From: Nymphaea colorata
Lineage: Eukaryota
Assembly: GCF_008831285.2 (NCBI RefSeq)
Contig: NC_045138.2
Span: forward strand, 35,216,001 to 35,280,000
Direction: 5' to 3'
DNA length: 64,000 nt
The notes beneath the pieces are model-generated. The model did not search any database, was not told the origin of the DNA, and was given only the letters and a program-made list of their open reading frames with translations. Below, piece after piece: positions 10,533 through 25,329 of the stretch (positions are counted from its first letter, which is position 1; each line of letters starts with the position of its first letter). The translations under genes and the position numbers were made by a program.

Positions 10533-13500
10533 TTTCAGCTTCTTTTCCTATCTTCTTTCATTAGGAAAGGGAGGGATTCAATGATGGGAAGGACGTTTCA
10601 AGTTCTTTCCCCCATCCTCTTAAAAGACAAAGGTTAGGTTTTATTTTTTTTTTTGAAATGCAAACAAAAACTTCTATCTAAACATTACGAAACTGTTACT
10701 AGTATTACCAATGTGTTATTTTTTACAATTTTTAATAAGCCTAACTTATTTAGGCTTAATCAAGAAATTTAGGTTGAAGCCAATGAACAGACCAGACCTG
10801 TTAGGCCGAGTCGAGTCCTGGATCCCTGACCAGGCTTGGCATAGAATTTACATCCCAAGCTCAGGTAGGGCCACCACAGGTCAGTTATGAAACCGAGCCT
10901 GGGTCATAACTAGGTAAGGAGTTTAGCGGTTACCATTAGTTTGCACTTAAAAAAGGGGAAAAGAAAACTCATGAAGTGCAGGCTTCAACAACCTATGCAG
11001 GAATTAGCTATCATAAACTTAAAACAAATATTTCAGAAATTAAATTTCTACCTGTACTTGCACCAGCACCAGCAAATCCACCGCCAGCTGAAGCTGCAGC
11101 AGCAAATCCACCACCAGTAGCAGCTCCAGCAAAACCACCTCCACCAGATGCCGCAGCAGAAAATCCACCACTAGTAGCAGCTCCAGCAAATCCACCTCCA
11201 AATGCATTTGGAGAAGCAAGTCCTGCTCCAGGTAATCCGACACCAAACTGTCTTGATTGCCCAAAAGATCCAAGAACTGAACCCAGAGACTGCTGCCCCC
11301 CTCCAATCTGAGCAGGTTGCCCAAATGAATTGTTGACAGGCATTGCATTTTTCATTCCACCGAAAGCTCCAGAAAACAGGTTCGAACCACTTGGCTTAGA
11401 TAGCTGGGCAGGCAAAGTAAAGGAAGCTGGTTTAAAGAGTTCACCATTAGGACTTGACATGGAAATTCCAGTGTTTGCTTGTGTAGAGACAGAAAATGAG
11501 CCACCAAAAATGTTACTTTTGGGTGCATTTGAGATGGTCGAGCCAAGACCAAAGCCATCCAGTGATCCAAGGTTCAATGTGGTTGTGGAATCTGAAAGTT
11601 CTTCTTCCATCTCATCTTCTTGGACAGTCGTTGTATCCATATTTTCAGCCACCAACGTGCTAACAGTTGTTTGTTGAGAGCTTAAAGAGATACTAGATGA
11701 AGAACCAAACAAGTTGGATGAACTGCCAAGAGAAAATCCTGTTGAAACTCCAGCGATAGAGATTGTTGCGGGTGTTGGCAAGAAATCCGCTTTTGAAACA
11801 ATAGTGCCTTCATCAGGTTTCTGAGGGCTCGATTTTGACACATCAGAGGTCCGCACTGTTTCATGAAGGCCATGGGTTGCACGGCCATCAGCTAAGCCAA
11901 CTGTATGAAGTGAAAGTGACCCCTTTGGATGGTCCAGGTCAACATACACTGGTGATGAAGCTGGTGCTAGTATTGCACTGGATGAAGCTCCAGATGACAG
12001 AATTGGTGCTGAGGTTGCAGATGATGAACTTGGGGACACCGAAAATAATGGATTACTTGGTGGCAGTAGTGATGAAATTGATGTCTCAGCAGATGATGAG
12101 AAAGCTGAAGCCGATCCCGTGGATGCTAATGCTTGAAAAGAGGATAGAATAGGTGGAGCTAATGTAGGTTCAGAAACTGTGGCCATTAATAAAACTTCGC
12201 TGGACTGGACCCTTTCAGTATCTGCACTCATCTGCCTTGTTGCTTCACACAAACCAACAGTAGTTGTAGAAGAAAATGAATGAACATATAAAGGCTTACT
12301 TAAACTTGAAGTTGTTCCTAACGGCGAAAATGCTGAAACAGGCGACGGTACAAGCAAAGTGGATACAGGTGATGTGGGCACTGAAGAGGATGTAGATTTA
12401 GGTAGGATAGATGTCCCAGTTGATAGAGTTTTGGTAGCTTGAGCACTGCCTGTGCTATGAGTTGATTGTAATGCTTCCATCAAGGGACCAGCTGGTAGCA
12501 GTGACGGATATTTTGATGAAATGCACTTAGATTTTGAAACCGGCAAACTATGCTCCAAACCTGCTTCATATTTATGGTTGTCGTCTTCTAGCTTTTCACC
12601 AGAAAAACCTGCGTACTGAAGACTTGCATGGGCAGCAGCTTTCCCTTGTTCTATCACTTCTGACGGAACTTGCATGATTCTTGACTGCTCACTCAGCTTG
12701 GAGTTAAAGATATGTGCACTGGCACCTGTTTTAGCAGCAAAATATGCTTGTCCTGTTGAGTTAACGGCCCCCTTAGCACTGGGAACTGCACTGCTTTTCC
12801 CATGATAGGTTATACTACCTTCAATATTAGCACTGTGGAGAGTTGACAATGGCACAGAAAATGTTGATGGAAGGATATTTGCCCTCAGAACAGACGTTCC
12901 AGGAGAATCTGATGCTAAATTACTTGGTGCTTCATATGTAGATTTGGACTCGTTGAAAGAAAAGTGAAGTGGCATTTTGGAACTCCACTTCTTAGCCTCA
13001 AAACAATTATCTATACATGAAAAAATTAGCATTCCAATAATTAACAACAGATAAAATACAAGTTACACAGTCCAATGAACATAGTCATTAAGATCTGAAA
13101 TAGTACCTTTACTTGCAGGGTACTGGTCATGCAAATGGCTATTCGTAGATGGCAGCGCCACGGAAACTGCCGAATCCTTATCAGAAGATCCAACAAGTCC
13201 TGCTTCTGAATTAAACACCCCTTTGTTCTTCTCAAGAGAGAACTTATCTACGGTAACAACTGGAAATTCCTCTTTCAAAATCCTCTTAACTATTGTTTTT
13301 GGAGGATCAAAGCGAACCAAATGCTGCACAAGACCAAGAACGTCCATGAGCATAAACATACCCCTTCCAATAAAAAAATTTGATTGGGTGCAACTAGCTA
13401 TACATAACAAAGACATGTAATAATTGCTCGAGTTTATTGATGCTGAGTATTGGGTCACATCACTGCTAATTATGCAACTACGGTTTCATGTCTGCATATT

Positions 13501-15755
13501 ATATGCATATGTACATATATTTATATATGTATGCTACATAACTCGCATTTATGTGTGAGTAGACATACAGTTATAATGTAGTTCTCTTTCTGTTCTTTTG
13601 TATCCTTTTCACATAATTTTTACTTCACTCTTGTAAGCTTTCCCCGCTTTTTGTTTATTTTAGCCACAGCCATGATAAGGGCTGTTGGAGCTAGCCATTG
13701 GCTAGATTTTGGGCTTCTGAAACTCCTCTATGATGAAATCTTATTTCTTGAGTTTGTTGCTCTTTGAGAAAATGATGTTTTAGCCTAGATATTGGTTCAT
13801 GAGAACCACTTGTTTTTCCTAAATTCCTGAGAAAGATAGTTGCTGCCATTTCTTTTAGATGATATCAGAAATCAGCCCAACTGTCGGGCCCTCCCTTGCT
13901 CGCACCTCAGAAAGTGTGATGTTGATGATTGTGGTTCCTTGTTATGTGGCTTGTGCTGATCATATAGGCAGGGTAGATATTGTGATAGTGATTATTTGAG
14001 CTCTTTTGGTTCCATCTATGTATTTTAAGCAACAATCTCTTTGTGTTCATCATGGAAGAAAGAACATAGCCACCATTTATTGCAAGAGCTCTTTCGTGCC
14101 ATATTAGGTTGTCCTCTACCATGGAACACCATATTTGTGAAGGGCACTTTGAGGATTTTGAGGTTTCAATGATAAAAAGGAAAAAGAATTACTCTCAAAA
14201 GAAATGGATGGCAATGCCATAAAGCTTTTGAGAATTCACTGAATTATTGTTCAACCCACGAATAGGTCTTCTTTCCTTTCGACCATCCATTGTCACCATC
14301 TCAGAAACATTAGTAAAACACTGGAACTGCTGCCACACCACCTGCCTCGTTAACCAACCCCTTCTCAATCGAGGCACAGAAAAGAATGCATATCTCAGGC
14401 CAAAAAGAAGTGCAGGTGGGTGGGTGGTGGGGTGGAGGAACAACTCATGCAACAAAAACCATTATGTTATTGTCAAACAGACGCTATGGCCTTACTTGGT
14501 CCACTGAATCTCTTCTCCTTCTTGCAGTCTCTGGTTCCAAATTCTGGAAAATGTTTAACTTTTCTTCTTTATGGGTACCAAATGAGGAAGAAATTAGTGG
14601 CTTCTTGCTCAAATGCACAGCAGAATCAGCTCCACTAGAATGAGGAGATTGGAAAGCATCATCATCGTAAGCAAGTCCAATTGATTCAAACAGTTCCTTT
14701 GTTGTTTCATGCCGCTTAACAGTGGAAGGAGCAATGTTAAGAGCAGCCATATGTTTCGAGAGGCATTCTGAAAGGTGAGTAGATGCAGCCAACTGTGAAT
14801 TCATTGTGCTGTATAGACTACGGAGTTCATGTCCTCGTCTACAACAATATAGAAAAACTAATCAGAATGGTACGAAAACAACCAATAAACTGCAGTAGAT
14901 GCCTGAAATCACTATCTAGTTTAGAGTCCTCAAACCTTGAAACTGTACCCTCTCTATAGATTTATACATGAAAGCATATCCATTGTAGGTAGTCTAAAAT
15001 GATATTGCACATTATGCATGGCCATGACATAAACAATATATTGTACTTACACAAAAAAGAACAAAGAGAAACTATAAACTTGACAAGGTTTTAGAATGAT
15101 GGCAAAATATCTGTACTTGTAGATAGAGACATCTATGATTCTATCTATCTATTCCTTGATAGGTCAAACATGAACATGCTTATCCCACTCCAGTACCTTG
15201 TTTTGAGGTTGTTAGTTGAACCTGCTACATCTTCATGCTCTAAAAGGAATTAGAGCACCTATTCACATATTCACAACATTACAAAAAATAAATTTACAAG
15301 CAAGTGTGCATAAGATTTAGCTTATGTGCATTCTAACCATCAATTACTTTCACGAAACAAAGATGAATACAAGTAAATCAATGTTGATATTGCAGGCTTT
15401 TCTTATTTATATACTTCTATATACTTGACTGCTTGGTAATAATTTATACTTTCTTAACTTGAATTATAGGCAAGCAAGCAGCAAAAATTGGAATGTGAAT
15501 GGTGAGGAATTTGACTTTGAAGAAGAATATGATCTTAACAGTCTTAATTCAGGGTTAAATGAACCATGTATGCAACTGTAGGAGGTAAAGGGGAACAAGG
15601 AGGAGGCTACGGAGGTGGACATGGAAGAGGAACAAGAACTATAATCCTGACAATCTTGGCCTACTTTGTTTTATGAGATTATATGTAGGAAGTAAAAACT
15701 GTGAAAGGAGCTACTAAACATTGTCTAATTCTGCTTTAGTTTCCTGTTTTTGTGG

Positions 15756-15805
<50 letters not shown>

Positions 15806-17063
15806 ACTTACTTCTTTTGTTGTACCAGATTTTCTAAAAACGCCATACCTTCATCATACCCGCAACCAAACCTATGTGACTTAGATCATCACATGACCAA
15901 GATGAACCGCTAAGAACTTCCTGTCAGCACTTAAATTTATCACAAAGTCACAAAATGTCCACTAAGTTTACATCAGTAAGGTACAGGAACAATGAGAACT
16001 GAAACTGCTCTCTGGGTCATGACTCAACATGTATCTCAGAACAACAGTGAAAGCTCTAAAAGTTGAAGGTCCAATTTCCACTATGAAATGCAAAGGGGGC
16101 AGAGCCAGGGTAGGACCGTAGGATACTGTTACTCTGATCCAAATATGAGTTCAAATTAACGAAATACTTAAAACCAAATTGGAACTTGACTAAAAGGTTC
16201 AGTTAATTTTGGTCCAGTTTAATCTGACATGAAAATTCAAAATGTTCATGCTTGCAAGCAATTGTCTATCGTAACACAAAGTGGTTGGCTGTAGATCCTA
16301 ATTCTTACTTTGTTTGAAACTTTGTTACTGTTTAATTGGACGGCACCCTGTTTTAAATCACATCATGCATTTTTTTTACATCCTAACAGTGCCTCACTGT
16401 TAATTATATAATTATATCATGCACCTTTTTTTACATATTTCTATAGAATCCAACTAGATCTCGCCATGTAACCAAAGCCCAAATCTCCTTCCAACCATTC
16501 CCAGCCCAAAACCAAACCCGTTAACACTTGGATCTGACTTTCTGTAACCAAAACCTGAGAAACCAGACGGATGTCCAACATAAGCTCAATCGAAGTTCCC
16601 ACTTTCACTCTTGCAACAAGCTCATACTAAGAACTATACATGCATATATACTAAGTCACATGGGTACTTCAGTAAGCTCATACTAAGACACTTGGGTACC
16701 AACTACCTATAGATCCAAACTACTTAATTTTACTTTGATTTAATTTTGTTCACCTTACTTTTTATTCTATTCTTTAGATGTGAAAATTCGATTGATGTTC
16801 ATATTTGACTAGGGGGCTGCTTGGTTGTCCATATGTTTAAAGTTTTTCATAGGTTTCTTAAACCACACTACTGCAAGAGCCGTTGATATATATTTTCTAT
16901 GTTATTTATTTGTTTATGTTGATGTATATTTTTTATTTTGATACATATTTTTTAAGTATTTCTTATTGTTTATATATATATATATGGCCGTACCCCCGCA
17001 CCCAAGTTTTTTGAAAATGGTCAGTACCCGTACCCGCACCCGTACCCGTAGCTATGTGACATA

Positions 17064-17107
<44 letters not shown>

Positions 17108-20100
17108 AGGTCTGAGCACAACAAACAAAAAATAGACTGCATTTGCCTTTCCTCCCAAGGCCACGTGGAAATACGATGAAATACTTGAACATTTCAAAAC
17201 ATGAGCAAGTTTTTAAATTTTCTATAATATGACAGAATTGCTTACTGGATATGTTAACAATTTCACATCAAAAACTTGAAAACAAATAAGGTTTCCAATC
17301 ATACCTCAACAACTCCATGCTGTTTTGGAAACCTTTCACTCTAAATTTTATATCCTCACCACCAAATTTATTTAGCTCAAGAACATTGAAATGTCTTTCC
17401 AGTTCTACAAGTTGTTTTATCAGGTCCTGGCAAGGAAAGAACAAAATGGATGGTCACAAGATTTTTATAAAGGAAGATCTCTTATGACCAAAAAAAAAAA
17501 AATACTGTACCTGCTTTGCTTTAAACAACCTCCGCCGCTTAACCTCAAACTCAGGACGCAACTTCTGACAGTCCCACAGGTCCCAATATTTGCTATTTTT
17601 AGCTTGCCTAACTATGCTTTTCATATGGACTTCCTTGGCTATGGCTATAACAGGCAGAAAAGCAGGCAAGCATGAATAGAAAGTTGTATCAAAATCACAA
17701 ACATACACTTGATACGCACTACGAAAACTTGAAAGAATATCTATGGAAAGATTTAATTTGCTTGTGAAACATTGAAGGACAAAATTAATATATTCTTAGA
17801 AAATTTGAAGGCTTTAACAATAAAGATGTGTATGGCAAAACTTAAAACAAAAATTGCATAAAAACAGAACCAGTGATAAGAACATCTTAGTCACCCAAAA
17901 GGAATTGAAACACCAACATGTACATGTTTGCACACGCAGTTGCAGATTTAACTTAAAACAAAGAACATAATGATAATACCATGAAAAGGGAGAGAATCAC
18001 AAGACCCTCAAAAAATATCAGTGTGAGTTCATTATGTTGAATACTAAAAGTTATATCCTGTGCTAGTATACATTAGTAATATGCAACTAACAATTTTCAC
18101 ATGATTTATATACATAATCATCTTTCTTATCCTCAGACCAACTATGCCAGAGTACAATTGACAAAATTATCCTTCACTTCTACCAAAAAATCAGTCTGTG
18201 AAATTATGAATCGTCAATGACATATGAAGGGAAGAAAAGGATTCTTGTGCAATGCAAGACTCCCTCGAACATCACATTTTCGAATTTAATTTCATCTTCT
18301 TGACATTTTCTACAATGATTTTAAATAGAGAATCAACTACCCACTTTAGGTGATATTTACAATTTTACATATTATTAACTTCAAGTTCTGAGCAATATAT
18401 GTGTATATGTTTAAAGATGTGTCCCATCCGCTAGTTTTTGAGCACTACCACGTTGTACTAAGTGTAATTCAATGTTGTAAAAAGGTTACTGGAGACATAT
18501 CAGTTTGCTTACCAATATGGAGATTGCCTTATTTTATGAATATATGAATTTAAAACATAGCTAAAATATTTTAAATTGACTTAGTAAAATAAAAACCATG
18601 AATAGGCCTTGAAACATGGTGTAACTCATCATGTCCTATCTTCAGAATTATAGCCACATGGTGTTGCTAAGATATGGCTATTTCTTTCAAAATTATGCTC
18701 TCCAGGTAATATTCACATTGTGTGTTTGTGTGCATCCTTATATAGAGTGTGCATATATTTGCAATTATACCAAGCATATCTGCACAATGACACCATGTAT
18801 ATTTCTCTGGTGCAGTTAACAATGCACAGATTTCGAACTTCAAATTTCTCATTAAAATATCAAATATTCAATTTGAATCACATATAGAAGTAAAATTTCA
18901 AATTGCTGTAACTAGAGTTAGGAGAAATCTTTCTAGTTCCTTCCTTGCCCCATGTCCCACTTGGACAACACGTTGAAGTTCAGTCATATGATACTTACAT
19001 ATCCAACATTCGTATTAAGGGCTACTCTTTACAATAATTCATTACCTTATCAGATGTCCTCAATTATTTATATTTATAACCACATCGGAAAGTTGAACCA
19101 AGCAACATGCAGTATGAAATTAAAAGAAACTCATAATCAGAATCTGGAAGTAACTAAGCTGAAAGAAGCAATAGCCCCAAAAAGGCAATGAAACATGAAT
19201 CACTATTCCAGTGAAAAAAAAAATACAGAATACCACTATGTGAAGGGAAAAAAAAAATTGCATACCCTGCATAGCCTTATTTTGGAGATTTTGAATATCC
19301 TGAAGGTGCCCATTCGTTATGCTCTAGTCACAAAACAAACAAAAAAGAAAGATTTAGAGTAATCCAGAGATCCAACAAAACCATGTAAAGAATATTCATA
19401 AATTACAAACTCCACAAATTACTATAGTTTGACACTGTTTCCTACACCCTTACCTGCTCCCATTCTCCCCTTGCTAAAAGGAAATGGAATAGCTACAATT
19501 ACCCAGGATGGTTAAAAACCACACCAGCCAAGAAAACTATGAACTGAAAGAAACTAAAATAGTTGAACTGCTTTGTTATGTAACGAATATGCCCAGATAG
19601 CTGCACAGCTTTTTGAGGTTAAATATGAACATGCAGGAAAGTTTCACAGAAAAAAGCTGCACAAGTTGACAATTGGCCATGAAGGTATTTTGTAAGGCAA
19701 TACCAAAAGTCGAGCACGTTTTTCTCAATCATGGAAGCTTTCTGAGAGCATTCTCAAATTTCCCTTGTTTTCCTACAGTAGTTGATGGTAGAATGACCAA
19801 CTATGAGATTATGACACAAAACAACTAGATTAGGATGTTATGACTTGGCACCAAACCTATTAACCTCTTCAAACTATTCTTGCTAGACTGCACATGCTTA
19901 CAATAGCACTTGGTCTGACTGAATGCCCTTAAAAACAACAAAAATTGAATGCTCTCGAGGGACCTAGCAGACTCTACAACAATGACCTCATATGTTGCCA
20001 CATTGAAGATAATGCAGTCACAAACAGTTCTCACGTTCAGTTTATACTATTGTAGCTAAATGCATAGAGACAAAGCTTTCGGCAACCAACTGCACGATCT

Positions 20101-23100
20101 ACTTCTGCATATGCATGTCCAATACATGTCTTCATTATACATATACATATTATACCGAATGTGTGTGCCCATTAACAAACCTTAGAAACTATATCCACTG
20201 AAAGGTATGCTGTATATCTGGTTCATTCAAGTTTCAACCTAAAACTTTCGTTTGACCAATCGACGAAATGAAGGCATTTAGCTTGCTATGTCTTTGCAGT
20301 TTAGTTCTAAAATACCCTTTAATGTACATCTTGCACAGGTAATTGTAGCATGCCACCAAAACGAGAGATGTGATGTGATGTATACAGATTAATCGAGTAC
20401 CAACAACTGGTTATCACAAATTTTATCTAACCAAACATTGATTAAATATCAACGTCTTTCTGTAGGTCATATTTCTAATCTTATTCATTTATCAATTCTT
20501 TCATGTTAATCAAAATCTAGCTGTCATTACAAGCCACCATCTGGTAAAATTTGTGGTCTTCTTGATAAGGTTTTATCACCTCACATATATGTCTTCACCA
20601 TGAGAAAAGACAACGGAACTTTTCCCCAAGTATCTGCTTCAATATAAAGCATAAACAGGTGAAAGTAAAAACAGGATTTTTTTTTACCACCAAAAGTGTC
20701 TAGCAGATCCGAGGGATGGTGTCACATGAATAAGGAACAAAAGTTTAAAGCAGACACTTTAAAATTTTACCTTCCAATCCCTGCATCTTTTGGACAGGCT
20801 CCTTATTGACCCCTCTATTGCTAATATGCAGTCTTTTTGGATGACTGGGTATGCATCCATATAACATCCCTCTGCTTCAATGCTGAAAAGCAGGCAATCT
20901 AGCTCCTTGGCCATTTCCCTTACCTGGCAAATCCAAAAGAATCCACTTTAGTACCAAATTTAGCTTGATGTTTTATATACACATGCATGCATGCACGTGC
21001 ATGCGCACACACACATATATATACATAATATGAGAGGTGCTTCAATCTATCACACCCTCAAGGCACATGTATCCATGCATGTGGGACCTCAAGCTCAAGT
21101 GTTGAGCTATGTTTTGGTACCAACCGTAAGAACCTGACCCACTTCCATGGCGGGTTCGGACTCCTAATTTGATGGGTTCCGGCCTACCACTCAACCAGTT
21201 TTTTTCAAAATATCGTTTTTTTTTTGTTTTCTTGTTTTTCTCATTAATATCACCATATGTTCATAAATACCGCGAGTTAAATTAGTTTTCCTGTAAATAT
21301 AAATAATGTTGAGGGGTTAAAGTTTTATTGAAAAAAGGTGTTTAAAGAGGGGAAAAGCCGCAAAAAGCCCCTCAACACATGAACACAGTTCTCTCTCAAT
21401 GGCCAAAACCTTTTTCTTAAAAGAAAAACATAACTATTATATTGTTTGGATCTGATCTAGCTTAGACTCAAACCATGTTGTACTCAATTACCCATTTCAG
21501 AGTACCCCCATACTGACACGATTACCATGAGCTAAGTCATGTACCCATATGACTAAGTCGATATGGGAATAGTGGGGTGCCACAGCAAATATAAGTCTTA
21601 GATTTTCATCAAGGAGGTGCTTGAATCCTGAAGGTGGAGGCAATAGAGATAAATGAAATCCTCTCAAAAGATTTCAAAAACTCAAAATATTAGAAAACTA
21701 GAAAATGTTAAGAAATATTTATACACATAGCCACATAGGCCATCTACCTCCACTCAGCTCTATCAAGTTTCCTCCAAGAAACCAACTGCAAGACCCATTG
21801 TCGTGCAGGAACAAAAGTCGGCCTTGGTGATCTGATAGGGCCACCACAAATCAAACTGAATCTATATAGGAAATTTTTTACTAATTATCTTATGAAAAAT
21901 GTAAAAGTTCAAAATGAATATTAAAATGTTAAAAGAAAACACAAAAATAGTAAAAATATTATTCTGGGAAACAAGTGATATTACTATTTTGTGATAATTA
22001 CAGGATATGTAACACCCCATAAGTTTAGTCTCGTATTGAAGATTGTGAGGGATCTTCAAGGGCTTATAAAGGGGGGTCATTAATGAGAAGATTGTCCTGG
22101 TTCATAGCCTTTTTGGAGTTGGAGCGAAACTGCTACGGGGTGGGTTGGGATCCACTAGACCAGGGGCCCAAGCCCAAGAGTAGGTCGGGTTGTTACAGGA
22201 TATCTCAAATTTTCAGTCCCTTCTTTGTCTTATCTTGGTTTCCTGTTTTCAACACGATTTTTTTTTTAATATATCCAAAAACCCAATTGCCAAGTGGTCA
22301 GAAACACACACATTTTATAACAGATATACACAAACACATATATAACACTTCCTTTAAAGCATAAGTAGCGCTTACATTTTCAAATGCTCTTGAAAAGTCA
22401 TCAGACTCCATAGCCACAGGAGAGAGAGAGTTGAATTTGATATCCTGCTTGGGTAGCACTTCTTGGTGGAGGGGCACTAAAAAACCTTTTTGGGACAAAC
22501 TTGGATATCCATGAGGAGAGGCTACAGATTCTGATTGGTACAGACCAGTACTGCTAGATTTTACAGTGAAACCTTTACCACGTTGCCCGACAAAGCTATC
22601 CTCCTGTTCCTTTACCATTTGCAAATTCTGAGAACTTGATCTGTCTGTAGTCAGCGAAATGTTTTGAATAACAGAACTTCCCATGTCAACAGTTCCTTTT
22701 ACAGAAACGAAAGGCTTTTGGAAATCCTTATTCATGAAAACTCCAGGTCCTGTTACTTGAGGTGATTTTCTATTTGCACTTTCAACAGCAGAGCTTTGAA
22801 CCTCAGATTTTACAGCAGAATTGGTTCTTGCAGGACTCTTATCCACATGAAGATGCAAGCCTCCAAGCATTGGTACTTGAGGTGAAGTTTTATATGCAAT
22901 TTCAACAGCTGAGTATTGGACCGCAGGTTTTGCAACAGTATCAGTTCTTTCACCACTCTTCTCCACTTGAAGATGTGAGCTGCCAGACTCTTCAGTGATT
23001 TGAATTACTGATTTCTGCAAATCATGCTGTGGTAGATGCAAATAATTAATAGACCATCGTAACTGCTTACAGAGTCATTATTCAGTAAGACAAAACATAA

Positions 23101-25271
23101 ACATACGGATTGAACTGTAGCAGACTGTTCGACAATGATCTCACACCCAGTGCTACTGCTTGTACTGACTGGTCCAACATCAGATCTTAGGGGTTTATCA
23201 TCAACCCCTGCATCTTTGACTGTGTGCTTGGTGGGCCTTGAAACTGCAGTGTTCAGTTCATGCTGCACCCCAGAAAATGTAATGTTATGCTCTTCGATGC
23301 CAAAAGTACTATTATTTGGTATTAGAGGGACCGTAACAGGTGCACTTCTCCTAAACATAAAGCAGAAGCTATCAGCCAACAGTGTAGAAAAACTAGGAAT
23401 GAGAGATTACACGGCAATGAAAAGGCAAATCATAAAGGTCAACTTATCTAAAAGAAGAAATTAATATTTTCTGCATGGCTTTAATATTTGGATACTCAAT
23501 ATCATCAGAAAAATAAAATACTTACTTGGCAACACGGAACAAGGTAAGCATCCCATCAACAGTAAGACATAGCATAATGCAATAAGAAAGTTGAATCCTT
23601 CCTCCACCATCCACTTCAATTTCAAATTTTCCATCATCAACATTTAGATCCACACAGAAGCCCACTAACAAGTTTTCATCACCATTTGCTGCAACAAGAA
23701 AAGGAAAAGAGAAATAGAAGTAAGAAAAAAGCTATACTTACAGATAGCAGCTAAACACTAAAGCTGTGACAAGCGCATGCAACCATGCCCCTTGCTCAAA
23801 TAAGTACAGCAGGTGAAGAATAAATATTCAAATAATGCGTCGAAAACATATTCTAAAGAGGCATAAGAGGAAAAATCAAAATAAAGAAAGGGATATGCTA
23901 AACATTACAAAAGAGCAGACATTCAGGTTCCTTATTAAACCAAGGATCTAAGGTTCAACCATCGGTTTTTTGTGAATTGAGAGAAAGGATATTCATGAGA
24001 AAAAGCCAAGTAGAAGTTGTAACAACTTAAATGCCAATTTGCACCTCTCATTTGAATCCTTGGCATCCACTTGTCTTGCAGGAATTCAATAACTTTTGGC
24101 TCCTTCAGCTTCTGGTCTTCAAACCAGCCCAAGAAGACAATGTGATCGTCTATACTCTTCCTATTGGCAGTAATTGCAAGCTCCCTGACAAGCACCACAT
24201 GATTATAAACAATATGAAGTACTTGAAGCATAGGAGTTTCACAGAAAGTTGAATAACTAGTAAAACTATAATATATTTCATGTTTAACAGACAAGATTCA
24301 GAAAAACAATTTACAATTCTGCCATGCACAAAGTTCTCATTGAGCAAAGCGACCTACAAAAAGTTCTAGAACTTTGTTTCCCAGTTCACTCTCCAACTTT
24401 GCTTCATACCATGATGATATTCCATTTTTCATCAACATAATGTTTTATGTCGTCATAATTGGGAGGACCAGCAAACCTGATAATACAATTCAGATGGCAT
24501 GTAGAACTGCGGCATTCAAGCAATTACAATCATGTATTGAAGATCCAATCTACCCAGAAAACGTTCCAGATGACAAAACATCATGGTAATCAGTGATGCA
24601 CTAAGGATGACAGATTGCTACCAAGAAATCTCAGAAAAGCTAAACTTTTCCTTAGACCTCGCAAGAATACAACTCTCAGATAGGCCTTTGCCCCCCTCAT
24701 ATTGGAACCAATGTCCATGTCTGAAAGCAAACTTTAATGTCTGGGCCTTTCAATGACAATGCTCCCCGGTTCAATGGTTCCTCATTAAAACACAAGCCAG
24801 TAGCCCTCTTTCACACCAAAGCCAGCAGCCTACAATGCATTGTCACAGGGGTACTGTTACAGAGACAGCGCACCCATACCGGTCGGGTAAGACACCAGTA
24901 CTGGTAGTTGTACGGTCCCGGGTATGGCCTTGATACTGGTCAAACAGTACCAGATATGGTCAATGTATCCAGGACCATATTAGTTCGCTCTAGAACTCGG
25001 CAAAAGTTGACTGAGTCCTTTCCTGTCCAAGATTTAGGGTTTCATTGTTTTTTTAACATCATTTATACTCACTACATGCATATAGAGCTGTGTTCAAATA
25101 ACGAATGTTATTAATGTAAGTTATATAACTCTACATCAGAGTTTAATCCTTTATATATGTTGGATTTTTACTATGTTATTTTCATATTTTGTTCAATAGT
25201 TTCTTCTTTAGAATCTACAAATTTTGAATCATGAATGTGTTATTTTGTTTGTTTGAATTTTGATTTTTTGT

Positions 25272-25329
<58 letters not shown>

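Noticed and set aside
10976..11677. Pro/Ala-rich plus-strand ORFs resembling arabinogalactan proteins
   Set aside because: Antisense shadows of the NUP214 Gly/Phe repeat exon.
11011..13047. 678-aa ORF as a stand-alone gene
   Set aside because: It is NUP214 exon 17 (11052-13010) plus intronic read-through at both ends.
13640..14180. Possible LINE 3' remnants (also about 54380-54640 and 56940-57150)
   Set aside because: Only faint motifs (DNLIWH, TRNIMF, IKYHGLP); too degenerate to delimit without a search.
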